Shown one piece after another: positions 13,318 through 27,011 of a stretch of DNA of 64,000 nt. The position numbers and the translations under genes were made by a program. The notes under the pieces are model-generated. The model saw only the letters and a program-made list of their open reading frames with translations, did not search any database and was not told the DNA's origin. Numbering within the stretch: position 1 is the stretch's first letter; each line of letters opens with the position of its first letter. The DNA is taken from assembly GCA_013239625.1 (NCBI GenBank), contig MU056029.1, positions 558,001 through 622,000 of the forward strand, written 5' to 3'. Source of the stretch: Lama guanicoe (lineage: Eukaryota).

Positions 13318-14619
13318 GGAAAGCAGCATTCTTATATGAATTTACATAATGAAAAAGAGAGCAAAGCAAAAGTCATGCAAGCTATGAAATTTATCTTACT
13401 AATTCAGAAAGATAAATGAATATGTCAACTGGATTTCTAGACCTAGATAATGTTTTGGGACAGTATTTGGCATCTTCGATTGTACTCAAGAAATTATTTT
13501 CCCTGTGAAACAAGAACAGAAAGTGATAAGAAGAGAAGAGATCGAGGTCAAAGAGCAGCAGCATGAGCTCCTCAGCTCCCTGATGCCCAGCAGCACCTGC
13601 AGGAGCAGTTCCCCTGCCTGGGAAGCATCTCTCAGCCCGCCCTTTGCCCAGCTGGCTGCTATTCACTTCTGGTATCTGCTTAGATTTCCACGTTCTGGGT
13701 TAAGTTAGGTGCCCTCTAATTTATGTATGTGTCAGTATTCCTCACTAAGCTGTATGTTTTTTGGTGCAAGAACTGTGTCCTTTCAACACTTCCACCTCCA
13801 GCTCCACACCCATATCAGTCATTCAGTATTTGAGTGAATAAATGATGAGCTGAAAAGGTAACAGGAAGAGCTGCAGATGCTCTGGAGGAACAGAAAGTCT
13901 GAAATTAGAAGGAAAAGTTAATTGCATACAAAAAACTTAATTAAAGAAATCATAATGTTCATCCCAAACTTTAAACCTATAAAGAATAGTGCCTTCAAGG
14001 CTCAGAAATCAATGTACAAATCAATGAACAAAATATGTAGTCCTGAAGCCTGCATCAGGTCCTGTCCGAGGGTTTCAGAATTCAGTACGGAAAGGATTTT
14101 CTAATCAACAAAAGAGCATTGGGCACATTGACTATTTGGAACAAAATTGAAAATGAAAGTTTTGTTGGGTTAAGAGTTTGGGGTGTACTATAATGTTGTA
14201 TTTTCAGAAAAATAGAAAACGATGGTGCTAACTGGTTTTCTGGAGTTTTATGTATATTACACGACAGTCTTCAAATATACAAAAAATACATAAAGTGGCA
14301 TCTCTTTGCACTCTTCTTAGAATTGGAGCTAATACCTAAGCAATTAAGTGAAATAAAATGTATACAGGTACTTCACATTTACAGGAGAAATATATAAATC
14401 AAAAATTTCTATATAGTACTAAATTTGAGGGTTGGGTTGGAAATATTTTGAATATTCATTAATTATTAAAGATGCAAGATAGGGCTTTGTGCAGTGTATT
14501 CCTGTAGATGCTTTTCAAAATATTTGTCTCTGGCAGGTTTCTTTTACTGCCACCAAATTGATAAGGTACTATTGAAATTTTTAAATAAAGAACTATAATT
14601 TTTTTAAAGTTCATGTGAT

Positions 14620-14686
14620 AGTTCAATTATGCTGTACCCCCAAAATTGACACATTGTAACTATATTTCAATTAAAAAACATTTAAA
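14620..14686 (+). mobile_element. Ultra-short L1 3' end insertion
   Basis: Matches the L1 terminus at 15755-15810; flanked by a 14-bp TSD aaagt[t/a]catgtgat (14606-14619 / 14687-14700). Confidence 0.8.
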
Positions 14687-14971
14687 AAAGTACATGTGAT
14701 GTTTCAAATGAGTAAGAAACAGTATATCTCTTTTCACAAATAAAATATATTTTAGCATATAGAATAAAATACAGATGAACTAAAGTGAAATATAAAAAAA
14801 AGAAAACCATATTAAAAATATACAAAACAGTATTGCCCAATAGTTAATCAATCCTTGAATAAACGAGTGCTTTTTAGGCCTCAGAACACTGGACAACTTT
14901 CCAAAAAAAATAAAGAACCTATTTTACTCTGTAAAGAGGTAAACTTTTTGACATTAAAAAAATAAAGGGAA

Positions 14972-15119
14972 GGGGGAAGGTACAGCTCGGTGGTAGAGTG
15001 TATGCTTAGCATGCACCAGGTCCTGGGTTCAATCCCCAGTATCTCCATTAAAAAAAAATTAAAATGAAAAAAACCAATTACCTCCCCTCACCGTACCCAC
15101 CCTCAAAAAAAAAAAAAAA
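14972..15119 (+). mobile_element. vic-1-like SINE
   Basis: ggggaaggtacagctcggtggtagagtgtatgcttagcatgcaccaggtcctgggttcaatcccc, then polyA. Confidence 0.9.
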
Positions 15120-15178
15120 GGGCAAATATGAAGTGTAAGATTACAGTGGGGAAATGTCTTTTTCCTGTCATGTATACC

Positions 15179-15883
15179 AGAGGTCACCAGCTTGCTCTGC
15201 AAAGGATCACATACTTCAGTCTTGACAGGACAGAGGGTCTCTGTTTTAGTCACTTAACTCCACCATTTTAACACAAAAGCAGCTTTAGAAAAAATATCAA
15301 TCAATGATTGTGGCTGTGCTCCAATAAAATGATTTTTGTGGACACTAAAATTTGAATTTCATAAGATTTTCACGTGTCACAAAATCTTATTCTTTGAAAA
15401 TTTTCAATTATTTAAAAGTGTAAAAAACATTCTTACACTTGTAGCCTGTGCAAAAAACAGATAAGTAATACCATATGATATCACTCATATGTGGAATCTA
15501 AAAAAGAGGAATAAAAGGATGCTATGAACTCATCTGCAAAACAGAAACTGACTCACAGACGTAGTAAACAATCTTACGGTTACCAGGGAAAAAGGGTGGG
15601 AAGGGATAAATTTGGGAGTTTGAGATTTGCAAATGTTAGCCACTATATATAAAAAAAGATTTAAAAAAGTTTCTTCTGTATAGCACATATTCAATAGCTT
15701 GTAATAACCTTTAATGAAAAAGAATATGAAAATGAATATATGCATGACTGGGACACAGTGCTGTACACCAAAAATTGACACATTGTAACTGCCTGTACTT
15801 CAATTAAAAAATATTTTTAAAAAGAAAAATAAACAGGTAAGTGGCTGAATTTGGCACATGGGCCTTTGTTTGCTGACTTCTGA
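15179..15883 (+). mobile_element. MER58B-like hAT element interrupted by an L1
   Basis: ggctgtgctccaataaaa, aattttcataagattttcacgtgtcac-type motifs and end gtttgctgacttctg. Confidence 0.7.
15467..15826 (+). mobile_element. 5'-truncated young L1 3'UTR
   Basis: Starts aataccatatgatatcactcatatgtggaatctaa (ORF2 end); imperfect TSD aaaaaacagataagt (15452-15466) / aaataaacaggtaagt (15827-15842). Confidence 0.88.
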
Positions 15884-16477
15884 TCTACTATGGGTCCTTA
15901 AAAATCAATACACATTATAGTAAGAAATTGGCTAAGTGCTTGAGCATAAGAAATCAAAATGGCAAGATGTAATACAAAAGTGCTCAACCTCATTGATAAT
16001 TCAAAGCAAAATAAAGTGGGGTAGCATTTTTTAGCTTAATGACTTGGAGATGATTAAGTAAAATGATATTCTTTGGTGTAAAACTCTCTGGAAAGCAACA
16101 TTGCATATGTTTTACAAGTCTTGAAGACCTCCATATGCTTTGACACAGGGTTCTCGCTCTTAGGAATTAATTTCAAAGGAGCCATCACAAGCCGAGGCAG
16201 TGATTATGAAAAATCACGTTCATGTAAAATTATTTATAAAACCTAAAACTGGGAACAAATGTATGTCCACCACTGGAGGAAAATGTATGCGAATTAAAGC
16301 ATACTCATAAGAAGAATATTACACAGATGTTGGAAATCATATTTTCAATAATAATATGAAGAAAACACACCAAAATTTTAACAATCTCTAACTTGTGGGA
16401 TTGTGGGCATTTTCATCTTCTTTATATTTTCCCATATTTTCTACATTTTCTTCAAATGAAGTAATGTACATTTAAGA

Positions 16478-16573
16478 AAATTTATTTATTTCATAATGGA
16501 GATACTGGGGATTGAACCCAGAACCTTGTGCATGCTAAGCAATCATTCTACCATTGAGCTATACCCTTCCCCA
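16478..16573 (-). mobile_element. vic-1-like SINE
   Basis: tactggggattgaacccagaaccttgtgcatgctaagc...gagctatacccttcccc. Confidence 0.88.
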
Positions 16574-17549
16574 CTGCATATTTAAAATAAAAATTTTAAT
16601 GTAACAACACGAGTTGGGAGTGAGTCATCAGGTAGCAAAGAGGATGAGCAATAAGAACAGTGGACCTGGACCACAGGGCTGTGCAGTCAGAGAAGAGACA
16701 GTTTGATACAGGATGTGTCAGCCAAGGAATGGAGGTCATGGGCTGTCATGCAGAAGAGAATGCTGCCTTGGTTCCTTAGGGACGAGTACAGCCAGTCTTC
16801 TCAGTGAGGGTTGTCTCAACCAGAGCTCTGATTGAAGACAGGTAGTCTACATGCAGTGGATGACAGGAATGGTAGGGCCAGGGGGTGGACAGCGGAGTCA
16901 AGTCAGAGGAATGTTGTGATTGTCTTGATGAAGGGAAAGAAGGTCTGTATGCGTGGGAACAGGCACGGCAGGACACGCACAGGAAGGAAAGACCACAGAA
17001 CCATGGCACCTGGCCACTGTCCACTGTTCAGTGTCTTGGACTAAGTATGAGAACTAATTTAAAAGAGGAATCTGAGGTTGTGAACATGGGAAATTGATGG
17101 ATATTAGCTAAGGGAATACAAGAAATCTACATGCAGAACCAGATAATCTGGCAGATCTTACAGGACATTCAAGTTGATACGACGGGGAAGCAGAACCCAT
17201 TGATGGTCTTAGAGATCATGGGGAAATGGATTGGAGTCAGTGGGCCACCCTGTGAAGAAGTCAGGGGTGGTGCAGCCTCCCGAGGGCACCCCAGCCTCCT
17301 GGCTGCAGAACAGAAATGCGCCCTCTGCTCAGCATCCTTCCACCAGAATGCTTGGATTCCACTGTCTTTCTTTTTCTTTTTTTAATGTCCTGTTTATAAA
17401 AGATACACGTGCACATCCTAGCAAATTTGGGAAGAACAGAAAAGTTTAGAAATAGGAAAGAGGAAATTTCTCTGAATCCTACCACTTAAAATTTGGGCAT
17501 ATTTTCTCCTTTTTTTTTTTTTTTCTTTTGACATTTAAAAGCAGCTGAG

Positions 17550-17898
17550 GAGGGCAGTGGATTGGCGAAATGGGCAAAGGTAATCAGAAGAGACAAACAG
17601 GTCTAAGATAAATAAGTTCTGGGGATATAATGTGCAGTAAGGTGACTATAGTTTATAATACTGTATTATATATTTTAAAAATTGCTTAGAGAGTAGACCT
17701 TCAAGGTTTTCATCACAAGGAAAAAAATGTAAAAAATTGGTGACTAATGTTAACTAGACTCACTGTAGTGACCATTTCACAGCATATACATATACTGAGT
17801 CATTGTGTTGTACACCTAAAAGTAATGTAATGTTACTTGTCAATTATATCTCAATAAAAATAAATAAAATAAAACCTGGAAAACACACACACACACAC
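17550..17898 (+). mobile_element. L1MA-like 3' end with (CA)n in its tail
   Basis: L1 3' motif gttgtacacctaaaagtaatgtaatgttacttgtcaattatatctcaataaa; TSD aaa[g/t]cagctgag 17538-17549 / 17899-17910. Confidence 0.82.
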
Positions 17899-18114
17899 AA
17901 ATCAGCTGAGATATATATCATTGTAGATAAAAGTTTTTTAATAAGGTTATAAGTTTTTTATTAATTTTCCCCTTAATGATATTGTGTAAGTAACTTCAGT
18001 GTTATTTAAAGCTCTTTATTTATAGGAAAAAAGGTGATAAAGTAAAAGAAAGAAAGAAAAAAAGGAAGAAAGGAAAAGAAGGGAAGGAGAAATAACACTG
18101 GCTTGTTTGGTTTT

Positions 18115-18845
18115 TGTTGCATAATTAAGAATTTATTTTGTCCCAGTTCCTGGCACAAGGCTTCTAAAACCCTTGGGGTTTTCCAAGCAATAGACTAGTC
18201 CTTGTTAATCAGGAGCCCACTGGATCACTATGCTATTGCTATCATGATGCTAATGAGTTAAGTCCAGGTTGGCCCCCTGGTAACTTTAGGTTGAGGGCTT
18301 GATCACAGGAAGACCAACCATGTTAAAAGGTTGGGACTTTGAGCCAACCTGACCTTTGGAGGGGGAACGGGACTGGGGATTGAGTTCAGTCATGTAGTCT
18401 GTGACTTAATCAGTCATGCTTATGTAACGTAACTTTCCTTAAAAACTCTGAAAACCAAGTGTGAGCACACGGAGGGCGACGTGTCCTGGTTCAATGAGAA
18501 GGTGTGGCTGTTCTTCACCCTCCCCTGACCTCTCGCCATCCATCTCTTCATCTGTCGGGTCCTTCTGACTTGAATCTTTTATAAGAAAACTGTCGTCATA
18601 AGGATAGCTTTTTCCTGGACTCGGTGAGTCATTCTAGCATATTATGAAAATTGAGGGGACCATGGTGACTCCCAAACTTAAAGCCAGTCAGCTAGAAGCA
18701 TGGATAGCCTGGGGATACCCGAAGTGTGCCTGGCATCTGAAGTAAGGGGGGGGGGTCTTTGCGGAGTGTGCCCTTTAACTTGTGGGTTCTGTGCTAACTC
18801 TGGGTGGCTCGTGCCAGACGTGAATTGTAGCACAACCAGTTGGAT
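18115..18845 (+). mobile_element. MER21-like LTR
   Basis: ttcctggcacaaggcttctaaaacccttgg, gagtcattctagc, gccctttaacttgtgggttctgtgctaactctggg motifs; strand follows the recalled consensus. Confidence 0.7.
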
Positions 18846-19519
18846 TTCTAACGGATGAGTCTTTTTCTATTTTTTAATTGAAGTGTAGTCAGTTACAATG
18901 TGTCAATTTCTGGTGTGCAGCACAGTGCCCCAGTGATGCGTATATCTTTTAAGGACCCAGAAGAAGCAAGTCAAGTTAATAGATCAGGTATATCAGGTTT
19001 TGAAACAGAGTCACAAAAGGAGATTTCTTCAGTATTTATTTCACCAGCCTCCTCTTCACTTAAAAAATATTCCTTTTCTCAATACCATGAAAGTGTATGT
19101 TCTCAGGGCAAAAATGTCTTAAGCAATTGCGTACCTAGCTTAGGTACGTGGTCTTCAAAATGTTCATTTCCGTGATGAATCCTTCTGTTCGTTTACTGGA
19201 GCTGGAATTGGAGAGCAGAGGACTCTATTCAAATAACTGATGACATTTCCAGTCTACACATTGTCTCTGTTTTTCCTCCTCATTGTTAAAAATCATCTTA
19301 TATACCAGAAAATCCAGCAGGGGGGTGTAGAATTCCAGTTTCTAGGTTATCACACACTTCTTTGGCAAACAAGTTCTTTTTTTATCTCTTTCGGAAGGTA
19401 ACATTTTTACTATCATTCCTAATTCTTCAATGGTTATCATTTTGTATTTTTCTGGGGCCAAATTTGACATTTTATATTTTTCAGAAATACATCAATTTTA
19501 TTTATGTTTTCAGTTTTCT

Positions 19520-19817
19520 TTTTTTTTTATTTAAGTATAGTCAGTTTACAATGTTGTGTCAATTTCTGGTGCACAGCATGATGTTTCAGGTATATATACA
19601 TACATACATATATTCATTTTCATATTCTTTTTCATTAAGGGTTATTACAAAATATTGAATATAGTTCCCTGTGCTCTACAGAAGAAATTTATTGTTTATC
19701 TATTTTATATACAGTGGTTAGTATCTGCGAATATCGAAGTCCCAATTTATCCCTTCCCACCCCCCTCCCCCCTGGTAAACATAAGGTTGTATTCTGTGTC
19801 TGTGAGTCTGTTTCTGG
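19520..19817 (-). mobile_element. Young L1 3'UTR fragment
   Basis: Poly-T then aagtatagtcagtttacaatgttgtgtcaatttctgg; homologous to 322-600. Confidence 0.88.
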
Positions 19818-20457
19818 GAAGACACATTCTTTTTTGCTACAACTGAGTATCCTGTTCCACATGAACACAGGATTGAAGGGCCTTCTCCAAGGCCACTGTG
19901 CCTGGGCCAGGATTAAATGGCTCCCCTGTCTGAAAAGGCTCAGTTCTTCCGCTGAGTTACTATTTATTGACAGATATGTTCTTGTGGCTGTTTTGCAAGC
20001 AAATATTGGTCGGCTGAAATTTCTTTTATTCACATCACATGAGTGGGCTACCCATATTACTTCTAATATTTATGAAAATAATTTAAGGCAATACCATTTT
20101 TTTATGAAAATGGAAGCTCTTTTCAAGGAGGAAGGCCTATATTGTCCGAGTTACTCAAAAGTACCAAAGTGTTATGGACACGTATCATGGGCCTTGTAAC
20201 AAGAAACATCTTGGATGTATATCTGAGTGTGCAAATGTACATTTATCAAAAAAAATACATAGGTAAGATTAAGTATTTCCCACAAAATATTTACAGAGGA
20301 AATGATCAAATAGCTTTCAAAAACACATAAGATTTTTTATAATAAAAAATAAATTAGAAGATTGGGAGGAAACGTGGTCGTATTCCTGAGAAACAAGACT
20401 GCCCATTTTTGAGACATGACTTCCCTCTGGGCCACCAGAGCTGTTATATCCTTTTTT

Positions 20458-20617
20458 AAAATTAAAAAAAATATTTTATTTGCTATATATCTTTTTAATT
20501 TTGGGGGGGGGAAGTGATTAGGCTTATTCATTTATTAGTTAATGGAGGCACTGGGGATGGAGCCCAGGACCTCCTGCCTGTGAGGCATGTGCTCTCCCAC
20601 TGAGCTGTACCCTCTCC
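20458..20617 (-). mobile_element. vic-1-like SINE with TSD
   Basis: TSD tgtta[t/c]atccttttt at about 20442 and about 20618. Confidence 0.85.
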
Positions 20618-21530
20618 TGTTACATCCTTTTTAATGTTTTATCCTCCTGCACCAACAAAGTTATCAAATGGACTATCAATAAAAGCCAGAGACGCAATAC
20701 AGGAAGGCTGAACCAAGAGACAAAGGCCATGCCTGAAAGACATGCTCAACCATAAGATGCATCTGTGGTTGCACCGTGTTTTTGCTCTGCATTTCTTTCC
20801 TTCTTTCCTCCAAAACACACATGTTGCAAGGGGATCAGTGACAAGCTCGGAGGAAGAAGCAATTGATAACCTACCTTTGAAATTAAAACATCCTGCCCAG
20901 GCCCTGCTGGCCCACATTCCTGCCCTTGTCGCCTCCTTCTGCTACCATCTGACATCTCGCCCTCATGTCTGCCTGGGAGGTGCGGCTGTGCCTGGTCTTA
21001 CAAGGGAAGAGGCGGAGAGCCTGCAGAGCGGAGAAAGCTGCTGGGTTTCCTGAGAGAGCAGGTTTGTGGGGAGGCAACCAGCAGACACTGACGGTGCTGT
21101 CCCTGAGCCCTTCAGGTTCTAGGCAAACGGATGTTCAAATCCCACCTCCTTCTGTGAAGCAGGGTCCGGAGGGACCCTGATTCCTTGGATATGAGTATTA
21201 TTGGGTTAATTTCCTATCTTGAGGACAGATGTGCTGGTTTTATACTGTACTGAAACAAATATATCTTTATATGTCTCACAAGTTTTCAATAAAATTTGAA
21301 AAATGTGTTGTATTTTCAACAGCTATGTCACACGTAAACTGTTTTTCCCTTTGGACACCTGGCTGGGGCTGGGATGGGCCCTGGTCCCTCTGTCTATCTG
21401 CTCCTCCTTTATTCCACTACTTCCTGAGACATCTAAAAGAAATTTGGTATCTTCCCCAAACCTTACTTTTTTTACCTGTAAATATCTGTCTCATCTCATG
21501 GGGTTCATAACAATTCAAGGAGTTGATCTT

Positions 21531-21722
21531 TTAATTTTTTTAAATAAATTTTTTTTATTTAAAAAATTTATTTAAAAAAAATCAATTTTTGGGGGGGTTG
21601 GAGGTAATCAGGTTTATTTATGTATTATTATTATTTTTTTAAATGGAGGTGCTAGGGATTGAACCCATGACTTTTTGCATGCTAAGCACACACTCTACCA
21701 CTGAGCTATACCCTCCCCTCAC
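21531..21722 (-). mobile_element. vic-1-like SINE with TSD
   Basis: TSD gagttgatctt at 21520 and 21724. Confidence 0.88.
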
Positions 21723-22359
21723 TGAGTTGATCTTGAATGCGAAACACTTGGCATATAGGGCCAGAGAGTGTTTAATGAGGTGAGTCCCTCCTTCGGCAGG
21801 AGAGTTCTTGCAGAGGGGCTAGAGCTTCCCCAAGTGTCTTTATTTTACAGCCCAGTCTGGAGAGGACATAGGAGTTGGAATCCCACACATCTGTCCAAAG
21901 TTCTGCTTCACCAGCTCTGTAATTTAACCTTTCTGGGTCTTGACATTTTTACCTTCAAAAGGGTTATAATAACCCTTATTTCAGATGTTGTGGACTGGTG
22001 GCTTTGTAAAGTGCCAGCTTGACCCGTTCCCTGGAATTCCCTTCCCCAGGTAGGTTTCCGGGTGGCGTGGGCCGTAAGGGACATGTTGCACAGATTTGGA
22101 GGGCAGAAGTGAGGAGCAGCTGTGTCACTATTGCACTTGGCAGGTTGGAGCAGGGATGCACACAGTGTCACTTCCCTGCTGGCTGGCCTGGGTGGTGCCC
22201 AGTGGCTGCCAACCCTGCAGCTGTGCAGCCTTCCCGGATCTCCCTCCAGCATCTCCCACTCCTGAACTGGGGATGTGTTTAGCTCCACAAGAAAGAGTGT
22301 CAGCTTCTCTAGCAGGTCACCGACATCATCAAAACTGGAGGCAGTGAAAACCTGACACA

Positions 22360-22570
22360 CAGAGAGGTCTTTTGATAAATGTTTTAAAATCAACTCTCCT
22401 TAAAAAAAATAAAAGCCTCAATTTGTGGCATTTGCCCAATTCAGGTAGTGTAAATACTCTCTTTGTGGCTGATTCAAGCTGCCACCGTGGTGTCACTGAA
22501 TCTGACTCTCTGAGACACTGATGGGTTCTGTCTGTTATCAGTTACAACGCATGCTTCTGAGTTCCAGCTC
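22360..22570. mobile_element. MER63-like hAT-Blackjack fragment
   Basis: ttgtggcatttgcccaattcaggtagtgtaaatactc...gattcaagctgccacc motif, from memory. Confidence 0.55.
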
Positions 22571-23124
22571 GTCCCCACTCTTCCCCAGGCTATGACCATT
22601 TCCCCTTCCCAACTGCCTGCTCTGCAAACTTCAAGTTGCAGATTTAGGTAAGAAGACATCAGGCTTTCAGAGGCTACTTAACCAACCCTCACGACTGCAG
22701 AAGATCAAATTCCTGGAATAGTCTCTATATACATATACATGTGTTACATCTCTGACTGAATGCAGACCCTTGATTGACACAGGACATTTGAGATAATTTA
22801 TGTGAAATTATCTCCAGCGGCGTTTGTACACAGTAGACACTAAAACACGTTGACTTTCTTCATAAGCAACTGACAATGATTTTAAATTTAGTGGTATGTA
22901 GATTTCTTCTCCTGATATCGTGGAACTCAGAGATATTCATAGTGTATACAGGAATTATGTTCCTTTTATTTCTTTTCTAAGGAGATGGATCATATCAACC
23001 AGCATTATTCAATAGAAATGGAATGCAATCTATGCATGTAACTTGAAATTTTCTAATGCCCACATTAAAAAAAGAACATAAAGGAATACATAAAATTAAT
23101 TATAATAACATATTTTTAAATTCT

Positions 23125-23495
23125 ATTTTTTATTGAAGCATAGTTGATTTACAATGTTAGTTTCAGGTGTATAGCAAAGTGATTCAGTCATATATATACA
23201 TATTACATTTATATATACACATATATTTCAGATTCTTTTCATTATAGCTTATTACAAGAAATTGAATCTAGTTCCCTGTGCTATCTTTGTTGTTTATCTA
23301 TTTTTAAATTAAATTAAATTAAATTTTTTATTGAAGTATAGTCAGTTTACAATGTGTCAATTTCTGATGCACAGCATAATGTTTCAGTCATACACATACA
23401 TACATATATTCCTTTTCATATTCTTCATTAGAGATTACTACAAGATATTGAATATAGCTTCCTGTGCTATACAGAAGAAATTTGTTTTTTTATAT
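23125..23495 (-). mobile_element. Two stacked L1 3' termini next to a MER33-like fragment (about 23000-23120)
   Basis: ttttattgaagcatagttgatttacaatg at about 23128 and ttttattgaagtatagtcagtttacaatg at about 23326. Confidence 0.8.
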
Positions 23496-24674
23496 AAATA
23501 TGGTGCACTTTATCTGGTTTTGCCACAATAAATGATATTAAGTGTGTTTCTCTTACTGCCAACACAATCTGAGACATGGCGAGAGCATGTCAAGAAACAC
23601 ATTCCATCCCTCCAGTCCCTCTTCCTGTCACCTCTCTCATCTGCAGAACTTGCTTACTTGCTTTAGAACCATCTGCGGGCAGGAAGAGGGGGTGGGTCAC
23701 AAGGTTTCCTGTCACAAAACTGAGTCCAAAAAAAGAAAACTGATTATCTCACAACTCAGAATCCCTCTTATATTTTATGAAGCTCCCTGCTCCAAAAACA
23801 AAAAAAAAACAAAACAACAAAAAAAAAAACAAACGAAAACTAAAAAAGGAATTTGCCCATTTCAAATTTCCATAAATTCAAATTTTCCCTCCCCTCCTTC
23901 TTTGGAAGATGGATTGAAATAGATTGAATCCACAGGGGCTCTCTTACACACAGTCTGCTCCCAGGCACCCTCGCACTTGCTCCTCACGGTGAGGACGCCT
24001 TCCCTCCACCTGAGCATCCAACGAGCATTATCTTCTACAGGGCACAGTCAAGGCCACTCTGTAGGAGGCGTTCCCGGTCTTGACTGGGAGCCTTCCAGGA
24101 CCTCGGCTTGCAGCCTCCCACTTGAGTTCCTCCAGGCAAAGCAGGAAGCGTTTGCCAGAGCCAAGGGACTCCCTAGGCCTGGTATGGGGCTGGTGGGATA
24201 GAGGAACTGTGGGGGTTTTGGCTCAGTAGGACCCTCCTCAGCGCTCCATCAATACCCAGCTCTTTTTCCACCTCCCCACTCTACTTCATCTCTCTTTCCA
24301 GCTTGCAAGACCCTTAGCGAGTGTTTTCCTCAAACCTTTCTGTCCGTGTATGCCTGTGGGGTTGCTTATCATCCCTAAAATGTAAAAGCCAAGAATTTGA
24401 CATCCTTGTGTCCTGAGCTGGTTCCCCAAGGCCATGGCAACCTCCTGTCAGCTGCCTGGGACATGCGGATGAGCCCCAGGCTACCGGAGACCAACAGAAT
24501 GACATGATGGGTAGGGTGGGGCCTCTTAGTTCATCACCATGAGCCACAGTTCTGGGGCATGAAATCTGATGATTCATTCATTTTCACAGAACAAGGGCTG
24601 AGAAACTAACTAAAGTTATGGTGGCATTCTAAGATTTCAAAGCCAGGTCAGTCCTGTAGCACGTGCATAAAATA

Positions 24675-25349
24675 CATTTCTCCTCTTCCTCCTCTTGGTT
24701 CATCTGACTGGCAATTAAACTGGCATATGGGAGATTAACAGGAGAAAATCAAGTGTATTATGCGTGCACCAAAATTCACAGAAGTATGAAGAATTCCAAA
24801 TATAGCCAAGCAAGCTGTGATTTAGATAACATTCTGGACAGAGGAGAAGGAGGTAGGGGTCTGAGTCTTCAAAGGAAAGTGAAGAAACTCACAGAAGGTA
24901 AAAAGAGTTCGTGTTTGGTAAACAAATGTTTGCTGGGCCATCCGAAGACAAGGGGAGGCAAAGAGGACTTTGATCAAAGGACCATGCTGGGCCACTCCCT
25001 GTTCATGACGGAATGCTTCACTATAGTTAATTACAGTGATGGCACCTTCCTGGACAGGTCTCAACTCTTAAATTCTTTTTTTTTTAATTATTATTTTGGG
25101 CTGGAGGAGGTAATTAGGTTTACTTATTTTTAGAGGAGGTACTGGGGATTGAACCCAGGAACTTGTGCATGCTAAGCATGCACTCTACTGCTTGAGCTGC
25201 ACCCTCCCCTTCGTCTCTTAAATTCTTTTCAGCAACTGGGGAAGTTCAAAGGCTCTTCCTGAGTCTTTTGGGCCTTGATTATTTTCAGCTCAAAATAATT
25301 GGCGTGCTGGAGTGACACAGCTTGGGGCCGCCTGCCTTCAGCCCCGCCA
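24675..25349 (-). mobile_element. ERV1 LTR (MER34/MER39-like) interrupted by a SINE
   Basis: Homologous to 31576-32110 (aacaggagaaaatcaa; ttcagctcaaaataat). Confidence 0.72.
25080..25212 (-). mobile_element. vic-1-like SINE with TSD
   Basis: Perfect 15-bp TSD ctcttaaattctttt at 25065 and 25215; intact B-box GGTTCAATCCC. Confidence 0.92.
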
Positions 25350-26508
25350 CTCCCATAGGATTCTTCAGTAAACCACTTCAAAATGATTTGTATGGATCAA
25401 TTTTGAAGAGCAATTTCAGAAAAAATATGGTAAGATCCGCAATGAGTTGAGATGTGGAGGCAGGGCAAGAAGAAGGCTATTGGAATGCCCCTGCCTTAAC
25501 CGATGTAAACCTGGATTTGAAAGAAAAGGTGGTTCACCCAGGGTTTCACAGGTCTGCTCCCGGAGATGGCTCTGAGGAACTCTGAGCTCTCCGAGCACTT
25601 TGTGCTCCTCTGAAACAGCAAGCCGTCTGGTGGCGACTGCCTGTCACGTTTCGGTCAAGGCTGACCTGGGTGTGGGAAGTAAGGCACAGTAGTTTCCTGG
25701 ATGCTTATTTGGTTTTGTGACTCTCACAGATCTGCAGTTTGAGAAGCATTAAAAGCTCTGTAAATAATTTCTGGTGCCACTTTGATAGTCAGGCAGTATT
25801 ACTCATCAGCCTAGACAAATTAAAATAATTTTTGATTTACAGATTGTTTCTGATTTGATTCAGCAGTTGTCTTCAGACGGGCTGTCGCTTTCTGTGCAAT
25901 ACTGTAGTGGTACTTCAGCCTGCAGGGAGAAGGAAAATGCGGGCTGTCACTTGGAGGAAGAATTGAAAACCACAGATTTCTACTGGAAACACTTAGGATG
26001 CCTGTGGATTTGTGCCAATTCCAGGTCTGGAAAGCATGGCTGTTTTTCAAAGAGAAGGTTGCAGAGGGGGCTTGTGAGGAGCCTGGGAGATTAGGGCCCA
26101 TTTCTTCCACCTGGAGAGTAATGACATTATCTGGGAGTGGTTTGCAAAGCTCTTTGTGCTTCTGCAAAGCTGGTGTGCTGTTACAGAGGCTGCACCCTTT
26201 AGGGGTTTGATTTTGTCCTGGAGAAGTGAATTACTGAGTTCTCTGGGTTCTTTGCTGTCCTTAGGATTCCCCAAATGCATCACAATTGTTGTGTTTCCTT
26301 TCTGAAAGGCTGGAGCAGTTGGCATCCCTGCCTCTGGACAGCAAGACTGAGATCCCTCACTCTGACCTGCAGCTCTTCTATCCCTTGTCCTTGGCTCCTT
26401 GTTATGGGCTCGGATGTGCACAAGGAGGAGGGAGGGCAGTGCCGGGGGCTCAAGCTCTGTTCCCCATGTCAGATTGCCCTGCCCTTGGAGATTTTGGGTG
26501 GAAAGTAT

Positions 26509-27011
26509 TGTTACCGAGTCAAAGCTCATACTGCTCACCACACGACAGGCCAATAAATTGAGGGATGAGTAACTGGGGCAAGGAATAGCGACTTTATTCA
26601 GAAAACCAGCAGACTGAGATGATGGTGGACTAGTGTCCCAAAGATTCATCTTGCCTGAGTTACGCTAAAAAGGGAGGGAGTGTGATTGGTTGTTGCAAAA
26701 CTTCTTGGTGTCAGAATCCTTTGTTCTTGCAGCTGTCCACATAGGTCACTGACATGGTGTCCCTGCAAATCTCCAACAAGGCAAATGTTATTCTCTGTTC
26801 TGCAACTTTTTATCTCTATATGAATGGAAAGGTGTTAAACCCTTAAAGGTCAGAGACTTGAGAATGGGCTCCTCTGTCTATTTCAGGCTCTAGGCAACAT
26901 TGTTTTACAAAAGGTGCAGAACCAGCCTGACTAAGCTCAGGAAACAGAGCACAGAGTTAGAGCGAAAGGAACAGATCTAATATGGAGTCAAGTTTGTTCT
27001 TCCCCATTACA
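26509..27011 (-). mobile_element. ERV1-type solo LTR
   Basis: TG...CA termini (tgttaccg...cattaca); AATAAA on minus strand (gactttattc at about 26590). Confidence 0.75.

Noticed and set aside
14972..15047. tRNA-Ala genes at SINE heads (this and other copies)
   Set aside because: Broken stems, SINE-specific tail and TSDs mark them as retroposed SINEs
19714..20199. 161-aa ORF
   Set aside because: Starts in antisense L1 3'UTR at a non-ATG codon; no homology recognised
26047..26649. 200-aa minus-strand ORF
   Set aside because: Begins inside an LTR, has no recognisable domain or splice structure
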